Shown: positions 1-9,426 of the stretch, piece after piece
Numbering within the stretch: position 1 is the stretch's first letter
Layout: each line of letters begins with the position of its first letter
Source: an uncultured virus (IMG/VR IMGVR_UViG_3300048839_001435)
Lineage: Duplodnaviria; Heunggongvirae; Uroviricota; Caudoviricetes
Strand: one strand, 5' to 3'
Virus record (IMG/VR): IMGVR_UViG_3300048839_001435
Length of the DNA: 43,792 nt
Notes under the pieces: generated by a model
The model's database searches: none
What the model was told of the DNA's origin: nothing
What the model saw: only the letters and a program-made list of their open reading frames with translations
Made by a program: the position numbers and the translations under genes

Positions 1-1562
1 AGCAGATCACGAAGCAGGCGATCTAGATCGCCTTCGCCTTCGGGCAAGGCGAAGGCGTTCTTCAGGACGTCGATAGCGGCCTCGGCGGCGGGGACGCCCA
101 GCTTGTCGCCCGTGTCGAGCTTGAGCCTGAGCGCATCGATGATGCCGCGCTCGACAGGGTGATCCGCCACGAGGTACCGGACGTTCATGGGGCGCAGCGG
201 TGAGAACGTGCGCATCTCGGCCTGGGCGATCAGCGCCGGCGTGAAGTCGACCTCGGCGAAGATGGCCAGGCGCGCATCGGACAAGTCGATGCCGACCTGA
301 CCGACGGCGATGGTGATGACCAGCGCTGCGCCCGGCGTCTTGCGCCAGTCGGCGAGCGCCTCCTCGCGCTTCATCGTCGAGACGTCGCCGGTGACCAAGA
401 AGCTCGGGTACTTCTTGCGCAGGCTCTGGTGGATGTGCTTGGCCGTCGACTTGTGCCAGGTCCAGATGACGACTCGCTCGTCGTTGTCGAGATCGGCCTT
501 GGCAGCTTCGATGGCGACCGGCGCCTTGGCCAAAGACAGCGTCGAGCGGTACTGCGCGATCGCGCCGATCGTCGTCGACGAATCGGACGACGCGCGACCT
601 GCGGCGACGACCAGATCTAGCTCCAGGCGTTGCTCAGCGGTGAGATCGACGAGCAGGATGTCTCGGGTGACCGGCGGCAGCGTCGGCGCGATGTCCTCCC
701 AGCGACGGTAGAGCATCATCTCGGTGAGCCGTTGCTTCAGCTCGGCCTCGTTGCGCGTGCCGTCGAACTTGGCACCCCACGCTGTCTCGACGGCGTTGGT
801 GTACTGGCTGGCGAACTCGAAGAAGGACCCGAAGGCTCCGGGAGCGACGAGACCGAGCAGCGGCCACAGCCCTTGGGGCTTGTTCCACAGCGGCGTGCCT
901 GTCAGCGCCGCGATCTTCTCGGCGCGGGACGCCAGAAACGCGGCGGCCAACGTCCGCTTGCTCTTGCGGTTGCTCAACACGTGAGCTTCGTCGAGGATCA
1001 GCGTACCGATCTGAAGGCTGGCGTCTTGCCACGCTGCCAGGATGTCGTAGTGTCCGACGACGATCGGCGCTTCGAGTTTGGCGCGATCGAAGGTCTGGCC
1101 GGTGATGACCGAGACCTCCGTATCAGGGAACCGCCGCGCGATCCATCCCCGCCAGACTTCCCGAACTGGCAGCGGCGTGATGACAACGAGTCGACCACAC
1201 GCCGGGTCGTGGAACATCAGAGACTGCAACGTCTTGCCCGTCCGCGGGGTGTCCGCGACCAGGACACCGCGACGACGCGCGGCGAAGGCGACGCCGACGT
1301 GCTGATGCGGTCGGAGCTGGAAGCCGAGCGGCTCGGTCTCCCGGTTGCGATCGAGGCAGTCCTGCTCGAACGTCGTGTTGGCGGCGGCCAGCTCGGCGGC
1401 CAGGTAGTCGCGGCCTTCTTGGAACAGCGGCAGCGACACCCGCGGCAGCTCGATCGTCCGGCCCCAGCATTGCGCCTTGGGGACTTGAGCGAGCTGCGCC
1501 CACAAGTCCTGGCGATATGGCATGGTGAACCAATCGGGACGCTTGGGGTGGGGGACGATCAC
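1..1562 (-). CDS. SNF2/SMARCAL1-like SF2 helicase, runs off the left edge (absent from the ORF track)
   Basis: Manual translation: Q motif LRPHQ, Walker A VADTPRTGKT, motif II LILDEAH, motif III LTGTPLWN, C-terminal GIDLSDARLAIFAEVDFTPALIAQAEMR. Start is GTG 1562 (8 nt after TG-C-TAGGGT) or ATG 1523. Confidence 0.9.
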   Translation of the reverse strand, partial: MIVPHPKRPDWFTMPYRQDLWAQLAQVPKAQCWGRTIELPRVSLPLFQEGRDYLAAELAAANTTFEQDCLDRNRETEPLGFQLRPHQHVGVAFAARRRGVLVADTPRTGKTLQSLMFHDPACGRLVVITPLPVREVWRGWIARRFPDTEVSVITGQTFDRAKLEAPIVVGHYDILAAWQDASLQIGTLILDEAHVLSNRKSKRTLAAAFLASRAEKIAALTGTPLWNKPQGLWPLLGLVAPGAFGSFFEFASQYTNAVETAWGAKFDGTRNEAELKQRLTEMMLYRRWEDIAPTLPPVTRDILLVDLTAEQRLELDLVVAAGRASSDSSTTIGAIAQYRSTLSLAKAPVAIEAAKADLDNDERVVIWTWHKSTAKHIHQSLRKKYPSFLVTGDVSTMKREEALADWRKTPGAALVITIAVGQVGIDLSDARLAIFAEVDFTPALIAQAEMRTFSPLRPMNVRYLVADHPVERGIIDALRLKLDTGDKLGVPAAEAAIDVLKNAFALPEGEGDLDRLLRDL

Positions 1563-1599
1563 AGAACCGGACCCTAGCACTGGGGTGAGACACCACGGT

Positions 1600-3327
1600 A
1601 TGGTGGTGCCGATCGCGAAGCGTCAGGCCCTTGTGCTAGGTTGCCGGACCCCGGGAGAATCCTTGGCTGGATCCAGGTTCACAGATCGCGCCGCCGCGCG
1701 CATCATCATCGACGGCACGATCGACGCCAAGGGGATTCGCCCCGAGGTCAAACGTCGTCGCGTGATTCAGACCGTCATCAACCACGAGCTGTCGCTGGAG
1801 AGCGAGTGGTTGTACGAGAGCCTCGCCGAGAAGGCGTACTTCCGCAGCGGCGGTGAGATCTTCTCGCTGACCGACACGGCCGAGCTGGCCGCGTTTCTCC
1901 AGGAGGAGTACGGCATCCACGGCGGCACCGACTGGATGAAGACGATCGTGCAGGCGTTCGTCGCCAAGGGGCGTCGCAAAGGCACCGAGAAGATCGGCCG
2001 GCGCTTCGTCGCGTTCGACTCGGCAGATCAGGTGCTACGCCTGTCGCGCTGGAACGGCACGGTGCGCTGCCTCGACGGCAATTCGATCTATGAAGAGCCC
2101 AACGGCATCAACGCGTTCTTCATGGACGACGACAAGGGCGTCGACGTCGACGACTTCGACCTCGACATCGGACCGCACGGCGAGCTGATCCCGTACATCA
2201 CCGACTTGGCGTTCTCCGAGGAGACCCTCGGCGGTATCACACCCGAGCAGCAGAAGTTGCTGCTCACGGTCTGGCTGTTCGCGCTCGCATTCCCCGACCT
2301 GGTCACGGCCAAGCCGATCCTGATCCTCGAAGGTCCGCCGGGCAGCGGCAAGTCGCTCAAGGCGATCGTGCTCCAGGCGTTGGTGCACGGCAAAGAGCAC
2401 GGCCTGATCTTGAACAAGGACGGCCAGCGCGACTTCCCCGTGCAGCTGCTGCGCAGCCCCGTCGCAGTCTTCGACAACGTCGACAGCTACGTCGACTGGA
2501 TCCCCGACGAGATCTGCGCCTACACGACGGTCGGGCAGTGGGAGAAGCGTAAGCTCTACACCGACGACGACGGCACGACGATTCGGCCGATGTCGTTCCC
2601 GGTGATCGCCAGCAAGAACCCGACGTCGTTCCGGCGTGAAGACGTCGCCGACCGTACGATCATCATGCGCCTGAAGCGTCGGCAGGGCGGCTTTCTGCCG
2701 ATGCAGCACATCATGAGGGACCTCCGCGAGCGGCGCGGAAAGCTGTTCGGCGAGTACCTCTACATCTGCAATCAGCTCGTGGCTGCGATCCGGGGCGGCA
2801 TCTGGGATCAGTGTCAGCAGTTCGTCTCGGACTTCCGGCAGGCGGACTTCGCGCAGATGGGCTTTCTGGTCGGGTCCGCGTTGGGCTGGGACCAGGAAGA
2901 CGTCGCCGCCGCGTTCGAGGCGCTGTCCACCGAGCAGAAGCTGCACGCTGCCGAGAACGACGAGGTCGCCGAGACGATGGTGTCGTGGTTCCACCAGTAC
3001 AAGCAGTACAACCGCGACCAGTTCCTCTCGGTGCACACAATCTACACCCAGATGGAGAGCCAAGCCGCCGGCGCAGGCACGAAGCTGCGGTTCTCGGTCA
3101 ACACGCTCGGCGCCAAGCTGCGTTCGGGGCTCGCCGACAACCGCTTCGAGATCACGAGCCGTGCCGTCGACGGCCAGTTCCGCTACCAGATCCAGCTCCA
3201 AGGTCTGGCGCCGGATATCTCGTCGGCGAACATGGCGAACGTCGTGCCGTTCATCCGCCCGGAGGGCTTCAACGCCCCGCGCGCGGTCGGCGCCGCCGAC
3301 GACGGCATCCTGGACGGCGATGATTGA
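1600..3327 (+). CDS. Viral SF3-like replicative helicase/ATPase, no recognisable primase domain
   Basis: Walker A ILEGPPGSGKS, Walker B VAVFDNV, KRKLYTDDD and REDVADR motifs typical of phage primase-associated helicases. ATG 1600 preferred to 1522, which overlaps the divergent gene. Confidence 0.75.
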   Translation: MVVPIAKRQALVLGCRTPGESLAGSRFTDRAAARIIIDGTIDAKGIRPEVKRRRVIQTVINHELSLESEWLYESLAEKAYFRSGGEIFSLTDTAELAAFLQEEYGIHGGTDWMKTIVQAFVAKGRRKGTEKIGRRFVAFDSADQVLRLSRWNGTVRCLDGNSIYEEPNGINAFFMDDDKGVDVDDFDLDIGPHGELIPYITDLAFSEETLGGITPEQQKLLLTVWLFALAFPDLVTAKPILILEGPPGSGKSLKAIVLQALVHGKEHGLILNKDGQRDFPVQLLRSPVAVFDNVDSYVDWIPDEICAYTTVGQWEKRKLYTDDDGTTIRPMSFPVIASKNPTSFRREDVADRTIIMRLKRRQGGFLPMQHIMRDLRERRGKLFGEYLYICNQLVAAIRGGIWDQCQQFVSDFRQADFAQMGFLVGSALGWDQEDVAAAFEALSTEQKLHAAENDEVAETMVSWFHQYKQYNRDQFLSVHTIYTQMESQAAGAGTKLRFSVNTLGAKLRSGLADNRFEITSRAVDGQFRYQIQLQGLAPDISSANMANVVPFIRPEGFNAPRAVGAADDGILDGDD

Positions 3328-3922
3328 TGTCGTGGCCCAATGCATGATCTGCGAGTCGGCGCTGGCGGTGAACGACTATCTATGTGCGCGGTGCTGGCGT
3401 GACCCGCACACCAACGAATGCCTGGGCTGCGGTGCTCGCAGCAACAGCTACATCGACTACGCCTACTACTGCGCGAAGTGCTCGGAGGACGGGCACTACC
3501 GGCCAGGACAGACCCGCTTGTTTGAAAAGCTAGGCCCCGTAGATAAGGTGTACGACATCCAATCCGGGAAGGTGTTCGTCTTCGGCTCGAACCTCGGAGG
3601 CCGCCACGGTGCCGGCGCGGCGCTGTTCGCCGCACGCTACATGGGCGCCGTCCCCGGGTGCGGTGCTGGTCCGATGCCGTCTCGGGACAACCCCCGATGC
3701 TGGGGGATCCCTACCAAGGACGCCCAGCTGAAGACGTTGCCGCTGGAGCAGATCCGGCTGAGCGTCCAGGAGTTCATCGCGTTCGCGGTGGTGCGGCCGG
3801 ACTTGGAATTTTTCGTGACCCCTGTAGGATGCGGCCTCGCCGGATACCGCCACCCCCAGATCGCCCCCATGTTCGCGGACGCCCCGCCGAACTGTGAGCT
3901 GCCGAACGGCTGGCGGTTCTAA
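3320..3922 (+). CDS. Double Zn-ribbon fused to macrodomain-like (A1S_2505-type) phage protein
   Basis: Four CxxC pairs, then VFVFGSNLGGRHGAGAA, WGIPTKD, FFVTPVGCGLAG. The start overlaps the end of the helicase gene. Confidence 0.75.
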   Translation: MIDVVAQCMICESALAVNDYLCARCWRDPHTNECLGCGARSNSYIDYAYYCAKCSEDGHYRPGQTRLFEKLGPVDKVYDIQSGKVFVFGSNLGGRHGAGAALFAARYMGAVPGCGAGPMPSRDNPRCWGIPTKDAQLKTLPLEQIRLSVQEFIAFAVVRPDLEFFVTPVGCGLAGYRHPQIAPMFADAPPNCELPNGWRF

Positions 3923-3981
3923 GTCACTAGATCTATGACAATTTGTGGTGGGTCACTCGACCGTGCTACGGTCGCGACCCT

Positions 3982-4584
3982 ATGTGGCTGACCCTCGTAC
4001 CTGTCGTGGTCGTAGCCCTTGCGCGGCCTGGCGCCGTGGAGGACGTGGTGGCTGCGAAGCAGGAGGTTCGTGCCGCCCGGTTGGCTGCTGCCGTCCAGCA
4101 GACCGCCCCGCGCTACCTGACCCCCGCGAGAGCCCTGGAACACGCCCGTGCGGCGGTCGCCGCCGAGCTTCCCGACGTGCCGGCCGAGCTGCTGCTTGGC
4201 ATGGCGTACGTCGAGTCTCGCTACACGGTGGACTCGGTCAGCCGCGTGCAGGGCTCCAAGCGCGTGACCGGAAAGGTCGGGACCAAGGTCGTCGGCCGCG
4301 GACCCTATTTCTGCGGTGTGGTGCAGACCGCCGCCAAGCACAGCTGGGCGCGCTGCCTGGCCATGCGTGACGTGCGTCTGGGGTACCAGCTCGGGGCTGA
4401 GGAGCTTCAGCAGTGGCGTCGGGCGTGTACGCGCAAGCGGGTACGTGACGTCGAGACGTGCATGTTGAACGGCCACGGTGGCGGCTGGCCGGCGGTCGAA
4501 CGCGCAACGTCGACGTATCCCCGGAGGGTCAAGGCGCGGGAAGCGCGGATCCGGCGGATCGTAGCGCGCCTTGACAACAGCTAG
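3982..4584 (+). CDS. SLT-like lytic transglycosylase with N-terminal signal/anchor
   Basis: Hydrophobic N-terminus, LLLGMAYVESRY (catalytic Glu-Ser) and CGVVQT (GxxQ). Confidence 0.65.
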   Translation: MWLTLVPVVVVALARPGAVEDVVAAKQEVRAARLAAAVQQTAPRYLTPARALEHARAAVAAELPDVPAELLLGMAYVESRYTVDSVSRVQGSKRVTGKVGTKVVGRGPYFCGVVQTAAKHSWARCLAMRDVRLGYQLGAEELQQWRRACTRKRVRDVETCMLNGHGGGWPAVERATSTYPRRVKAREARIRRIVARLDNS

Positions 4585-4612
4585 CGATCGTATTACAAAC
4601 GACGGCATCAAC

Positions 4613-5161
4613 ATGCCGATCGTCGAACGCTCTTTCCAGATCCGGTCCGTCAAGCACGTGCTCACGATGGATTCCAGCGCCGTGCTGGCGGTCCTCGCCA
4701 AGCAGAAGCGCGTGGACGTGCACGCCGATGATGCCTTCGAGTTGGTCATCAGCTTCCGGGGCGACCACCTGGTGATGCCCTCCAGCGAGGAGACGCTGAC
4801 GGGGCTCGTCAAGGACCTCGGCCTCGACAACGACGACGGCATCTTCCGCGCCTCCGGCAAGGGGATGTGGTCCTGGCGCGTCTGGCTCAAGACGGCCGGC
4901 ATGTCGGCCCTGCTCCGCAGCAGCCAGAGCCAGGACGGCGAGTGGTTCTACGAGACCATCGCGGTGATGCCCTTCGACGCCATCTCGCTCCCGCAGCTGT
5001 CCGAGGAGGACCACCGGCGGCTCCAGGCGATCTTCGAGGAGCGCCAGGCCGCGCTGGTGGCGCCGGTGCCGGTCATCGTCGGGGTCAAGGAGGCCAAGAA
5101 GCGCGCCCCGCGGGCCCGCCCCCGGACCGCCAAGCCGCGCCCCCGCCACGGTAGGAAGTAG
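4613..5161 (+). CDS. Hypothetical protein with basic C-terminal tail
   Basis: ORF with strong GC3 codon bias, no recognised motif. Confidence 0.7.
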   Translation: MPIVERSFQIRSVKHVLTMDSSAVLAVLAKQKRVDVHADDAFELVISFRGDHLVMPSSEETLTGLVKDLGLDNDDGIFRASGKGMWSWRVWLKTAGMSALLRSSQSQDGEWFYETIAVMPFDAISLPQLSEEDHRRLQAIFEERQAALVAPVPVIVGVKEAKKRAPRARPRTAKPRPRHGRK

Positions 5162-5164
5162 CTC

Positions 5165-5220
5165 GTGACCGTCGATCGCGACAAGCTCCGCCGCGCTCGC
5201 CGAGAAGGACGGGGCGATGA
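5165..5220 (+). pseudogene. Collapsed remnant of a gene resembling 6209..6592 (5' end joined to 3' end)
   Basis: 5166-5190 matches 6210-6234 (22/25 nt) and 5189-5216 matches 6559-6586 (25/28 nt). Confidence 0.55.
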
Positions 5221-5263
5221 GATCCCGCATCGATGCCGAGATCGGTGGGAAGGTGAGGACGGA

Positions 5264-5761
5264 ATGAAGGCAGCTACGGAGATGACCACCGCCGAAATCC
5301 GTGACGAGCTGAAGAAGCTCAACAGCGTGCTCGACGAACACGAGGCTGCACGACGCGATCCGGACTACGAAGGTCGTGGAGGTTCCCCCGGCGAAGGCAT
5401 GTACGAACGCCACGAGGAGCTGACGGTCGAGCTGCGTCGCCGGAAGGACAAGCTGCTCGTGTGGGCGCGGCAGTACGACATCGCGTATTTCGACACGCAG
5501 CCCGAAGACGAGGTTGCGCGTTTGCGCGCCGAGGTCGAGCAGTTGCGGGAGCTGCTGGCTGAGGCTGGAGCCGCCATCGAAGCAACCAGCCACGCCGTAG
5601 CGATCGAAGACATGGACGCATTCGCGATGGAGCTGGACACGATGTACGCCGCCCACAAGGCGCGGCTGCTCCAGACGTGGATGCACCACAAGTGGCTGCG
5701 GCGGAACGCCGACTTGCTGAGCCGCATCGACGCGATCGTCGAGAAGGATGGTGCGGGATGA
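5264..5761 (+). CDS. Ead/Ea22-like early phage protein (coiled-coil)
   Basis: EVARLRAEVEQLRELL segment and C-terminal KDGA shared with 6209..6592. ATGA overlap with the next gene. The ORF could start at 5165. Confidence 0.6.
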   Translation: MKAATEMTTAEIRDELKKLNSVLDEHEAARRDPDYEGRGGSPGEGMYERHEELTVELRRRKDKLLVWARQYDIAYFDTQPEDEVARLRAEVEQLRELLAEAGAAIEATSHAVAIEDMDAFAMELDTMYAAHKARLLQTWMHHKWLRRNADLLSRIDAIVEKDGAG

Positions 5762-5949
5762 CGAAAACCGTCTGTACGCTGTGCGACCGTGCCGAGTGCG
5801 GAGTCTCTGCCGCGTCGGCGAGGATCGACGACGAAAGCGGCAGCGTGTTCTCTGTCCACGAGACGCGCGAGTCGGCCAAGAAGCAGATCGAGAAGTTCTC
5901 GTGGCGCTCGTCGACATACCGCATCGAAGAACACGAGGTGAAGTCGTGA
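5758..5949 (+). CDS. Small Cys-containing hypothetical protein
   Basis: ATGA-coupled start, MTKTVCTLCDRAECG. Confidence 0.5.
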   Translation: MTKTVCTLCDRAECGVSAASARIDDESGSVFSVHETRESAKKQIEKFSWRSSTYRIEEHEVKS

Positions 5950-6005
5950 AGCCGCTCCGCGGTGACAGTCGGGTGTGACTTCCTGGATGCACGAAAGGCG
6001 AAGCG

Positions 6006-6209
6006 ATGATCAAGGTCCGCAGCGAAGTGAGCGTCTACGAGGTCAACGGGAAAGAACAGGCCGGACTGTCCCGGCCGAAGATCGCGATCGAGTCGCACTG
6101 GAACCGCGACGCGCTCGTGACGATCTGCATCGGCGACGAGTCGGTGACGGTCGTGGCGACCGACCTGCTCGCGGCTATCAAGAACGCCTGCAACTCGGCG
6201 AGGTACTGA
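6006..6209 (+). CDS. Small hypothetical protein
   Basis: Purine-rich RBS-like sequence upstream, TGATG coupling to the next gene. Confidence 0.65.
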   Translation: MIKVRSEVSVYEVNGKEQAGLSRPKIAIESHWNRDALVTICIGDESVTVVATDLLAAIKNACNSARY

Positions 6210-6592
6210 TGACGATCGACCGCGACAAGCTCCGCGCGATCGCGCATGGCGCACGTCCTACGTGGACGGACGGAACCGAGACGAACATCAGGTCATACCT
6301 GCGCGAGGAGAGCGCGGCGCATGCGATCGCGGCCAACCCGACCGCCGTGCTCGCGCTGCTCGAAGCGCTCGAAGCGGCGGAACGCGAATCCGCGTACCGC
6401 ATCGATGCGGAGACGCGAGCGGCGAAGGAGCGTGACGAGGCGCGGGCCGAGGTCGAGCGGTTGCGTGCGCTGCTGGCCAGGATCTTGAAGTACGCGCGCG
6501 AGGACAGGGCGAGAACGCCAGGAGCAACGCGGCTTGCTCGTGCTCTTGACGAGGCGGACGCCGCGCTCGCCGGAAAGGACGGTGCGAGGTGA
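6209..6592 (+). CDS. Ead/Ea22-like early phage protein
   Basis: MTIDRDKLRAIA, IAANPTAVLALLEALEAAE and ERDEARAEVERLR match the Ea22/Ead pattern. Translationally coupled at both ends. Confidence 0.7.
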   Translation: MTIDRDKLRAIAHGARPTWTDGTETNIRSYLREESAAHAIAANPTAVLALLEALEAAERESAYRIDAETRAAKERDEARAEVERLRALLARILKYAREDRARTPGATRLARALDEADAALAGKDGAR

Positions 6593-6969
6593 GCGATGAG
6601 GCATGCGTCTCGTGGTGTCCGCAGTGTGGGCCAGGTGTCAGCATCGACGAGGACGGTTGCTGCGAGTCGTGTGGTGCGACCGCGACTGGCGCATGGGCCA
6701 GCCGCGCCATCGAGCAGGCCGCCGAGGTCGATCGGCTCAAGGAGGAGCGGGACGAGGCGAAGAAGAAGGTCGCGCGCTACAAGCAGGCCGTCGCCGATCA
6801 GCTGCACGCCGACATGGCCGAGATCGTCGGCCAGCGCGACGCTGCCGAGCAGCGCACGGCCGAGGTGATCGCGGCGTGGCTCGACAGGCAGTACGGCAGC
6901 ATTGGAATCCACGGACGGATCGCGCAGAACATCCGCGCCGGGATGTGGCGTAAGGAGGCGACTAAGTGA
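6589..6969 (+). CDS. Zn-finger plus coiled-coil early protein
   Basis: CPQCG...CCESCG, EVDRLKEERDEA. GTGA overlaps at both ends. Confidence 0.7.
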   Translation: MSDEACVSWCPQCGPGVSIDEDGCCESCGATATGAWASRAIEQAAEVDRLKEERDEAKKKVARYKQAVADQLHADMAEIVGQRDAAEQRTAEVIAAWLDRQYGSIGIHGRIAQNIRAGMWRKEATK

Positions 6970-7349
6970 GCGCACCCAAGAAGAAGAAGAAGAAGAAGTC
7001 GCCGAAGGCAGTGGCGAAGCCGCCGTGGCCGACGGCACCGGGGTTCACGGCCGTGAAGTTCGGCCACAAGCCGCTCAAGTGGCAGATCACGCAAGCCGAC
7101 ACGCCGCAGTACCTGTACGTGACGGTCGTCGGACACACTGCGTATCTGCACGCCGAGCCGAACACGCTGCGCGTGGCGGCTCCGGAGGACGCCGTGAGCA
7201 TGCACACGTTCTTCACGACACCGCTGCCGGTGCAGGCTTTCCGCGCAGACCCCACGAAGGCGGCCGATCAGGATCTGATCGCGCTGATGCGGGTGTTCTC
7301 AGTGTTGGAGGCCGAGCTGCGTGCGCGGATCCTCGCGAGGCGTGCGTGA
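6966..7349 (+). CDS. Hypothetical protein with N-terminal K7 tract
   Basis: GTGA-coupled, RBS AAGGAGG upstream, (AAG)7 at 6978-6998. Confidence 0.65.
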   Translation: MSAPKKKKKKKSPKAVAKPPWPTAPGFTAVKFGHKPLKWQITQADTPQYLYVTVVGHTAYLHAEPNTLRVAAPEDAVSMHTFFTTPLPVQAFRADPTKAADQDLIALMRVFSVLEAELRARILARRA

Positions 7350-7840
7350 TGTCCTCCGCGATCGCCCATCGGACCCACCAGCTCGCGCCGCGAATGCGCA
7401 GCTGCTATCGGTCGACGTCGAGTAGTCGCGCTGTCTCCGCAGCGCGGTCGATGTCCTTCACGCTCTCGGGGACGGCCACACGACGCAGTAGCCGCCTCGC
7501 CTCGGTGTGTGAGTCGGGTACGAACGCCCCGGAGTACGTCGTGGTGCTGGAGCAGCTGGGCTAGTGCCGGAGGACGCTCGGCGTGACGCTGATCCTGGTC
7601 TGCTCGCGCTGGGGGAGGTACAGCGTAGCTCGCGTGCGCTTTCAGCGCAGTGGTGTGACCATGCCTGTCGTGCTATGCTGCTCCAGCATCTCGCGCGGCC
7701 GGTACGGTGGGCGTCGAGCGTCGTGGTGCTGCGCAGCGCGTAGACATCGCCGCCGGGTGCTTCAACACCTACGCTGAGCCCAGTGGGCTAGTCTGGGTGG
7801 AGGGCTACCCAATCGCCGTAGATTTCGATAGTCTCGTGGC

Positions 7841-8431
7841 GTGGATCTGCGCTTCGCCCTCAGTAGTTTGGTCGCGCTCGTCGGCGTTGGGGTCATGGCT
7901 GCAGTCGCTGGGCGCCGCAGCCACGAGCAGGATTTGCGTGGCGGAGAGCGGTGGTCCGAAGAGGATGTCCAGAAGGTGCTGGAGTTCGCCCGGCGAGGCA
8001 TGTCCGCGAGCGCGATCGCGCAGCGAATCGGTATGGCGCCGCGGACTGTGTTGATTAAAATGCGCGCTGCGGGGATTCCAGCGCGTCCTCGCGGTGGTTC
8101 GAGGGCTGGCGTTAAAAAATGGACGGAAGCCGACACGCAGCAAGTTCTCAAGTTTGCTAGAGAAGGCGTGCCTTTGATCGAAATCTCGCGACGTGTCGGG
8201 ATGTCCCAGGCGCACGTAGAAAAGATCCTGGTGAAAGAGCACGTCAAGGTGAGGCGGGGTATTCCCCCGATCCTAACCTCGACGACGACTACGAAGGTCA
8301 AGCAGCGCAGCACGTCCGTCGCGTTGGTCCAGCCCGGGTGTTGGGCAACGATGTGGCACGGACGATCAACGGCTTGCTGCTCGTACAGCGCGAGCGCTAA
8401 CCGCCAGACGGCCCCGAGGGCGTCGATTTAG
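7841..8431 (+). CDS. Membrane-anchored tandem HTH protein (paralog 1, C-terminus possibly decayed)
   Basis: N-terminal TM, QDLRG linker, two HTH repeats (GMSASAIAQRIGM, GVPLIEISRRVGM). TAGTCT lies 6 nt before the GTG. Confidence 0.7.
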   Translation: MDLRFALSSLVALVGVGVMAAVAGRRSHEQDLRGGERWSEEDVQKVLEFARRGMSASAIAQRIGMAPRTVLIKMRAAGIPARPRGGSRAGVKKWTEADTQQVLKFAREGVPLIEISRRVGMSQAHVEKILVKEHVKVRRGIPPILTSTTTTKVKQRSTSVALVQPGCWATMWHGRSTACCSYSASANRQTAPRASI

Positions 8432-9398
8432 CTACGCGCAGTCGGTACCGGAGAGTGGGCTCCGGAATTCCGTGCTTCCATGCAGCCGCGTACACGCTCA
8501 TTCCTCGTGAGACATCGGCCATCGCAGCGTCCATCTGAAGTTTGGTCCACCGGGGGGCGTCCCGTCGGTCTTGGGCGATGATGTATCCCACATAAATCGG
8601 GTCTTCATCTAGCAGTCGAACGATCTCGTCCTGCTTGAAGCCCAGTGCGACCGCTTCTGCGACATTGTCGCGGCGTACAGCGTCTGCCCCGCGAGGACGT
8701 CGCACGGGAATGCCTTCTCGCCGCAGGATTCTCAACACACGTGGCGTAGGCACTCCAACACGAATGGAGATCTCGGTCGCGGACACCCCCTCTCTGGCGA
8801 GCGCGAGAAGTTGTTCAACAGGCGTTGGCGTAGTCGCGCTAGAGCCTCGGGGGCGCACAGGAATTCCAGCAGCGCGGACGAGGTCCGTTACACTCGGGCG
8901 TGATACGCCAGTGCGCTCCGCGATCTCCCGCAGCGCCATTCCCCGCCTGGCGAACTCCAGTACCTGTTGCTTGGCCTCTTCCGTCAGTTTGACGCGCGGC
9001 GGTTGACGTGCGACTGGAACTCCAGCGGCGTGCATATAGTTCCGCGCTTGGGCGTACGACATCCCAATACGCTGCGAGATTTCCCGTGCACTCGCCCCTT
9101 GACGAATAAGCTCCAACACCTTCTCTTTGTCCGCCATCCAACGGCCCCTGGGCTGCACGGGAATTCCGGCTTGACGCATGTACCTCATAACGGTCTTTGG
9201 CGTCATACCGATTCGCTGTGCGATCGCGTTCGCGGACATACCGCGCCGGGCGAACTCCAGCGCCTGCTGTTTGTACTCCTCTGGCCACGTCTGTTTGCCG
9301 TGCAGATCCTGTTCGGGGCTGCGGCGCCCGGCGACTGCGGTCATCAGACCGACACCAGTGAGTGCGACCAAACCACTGAGGACGAGGCGCAAATCCAT
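8397..9398 (-). CDS. Membrane-anchored multi-HTH protein ending in a Psq/CENP-B-like HTH (paralog 2)
   Basis: MDLRLVLSGLVALTGVGLM TM, QDLHG, four clear HTH repeats, then WTKLQMDAAMADVSRGMSVYAAAWKHGIPEPTLRYRL. TG-G-TACTAT lies 7 nt before ATG 9398. Confidence 0.8.
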   Translation of the reverse strand: MDLRLVLSGLVALTGVGLMTAVAGRRSPEQDLHGKQTWPEEYKQQALEFARRGMSANAIAQRIGMTPKTVMRYMRQAGIPVQPRGRWMADKEKVLELIRQGASAREISQRIGMSYAQARNYMHAAGVPVARQPPRVKLTEEAKQQVLEFARRGMALREIAERTGVSRPSVTDLVRAAGIPVRPRGSSATTPTPVEQLLALAREGVSATEISIRVGVPTPRVLRILRREGIPVRRPRGADAVRRDNVAEAVALGFKQDEIVRLLDEDPIYVGYIIAQDRRDAPRWTKLQMDAAMADVSRGMSVYAAAWKHGIPEPTLRYRLRVAKSTPSGPSGG

Positions 9399-9426
9399 AC
9401 CTCTGATAGTACCAAAAATCACGGTG

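Noticed and set aside
630..1577. 315-aa plus-strand ORF
   Set aside because: Antisense shadow of the SNF2 helicase, which has the complete motifs on the minus strand.
6966..7000. PKKKKKKK as a nuclear localisation signal implying a eukaryotic host
   Set aside because: Shine-Dalgarno sites, overlapping start/stop codons, -10 boxes and SH3b/transglycosylase genes indicate a bacterial host. It is a simple (AAG)7 tract.
7350..7800. Stop-interrupted minus-strand frame, as a pseudogene or sign of stop-codon recoding
   Set aside because: No recognisable family, and TAG, TGA and TAA all end well-supported genes elsewhere in the window.
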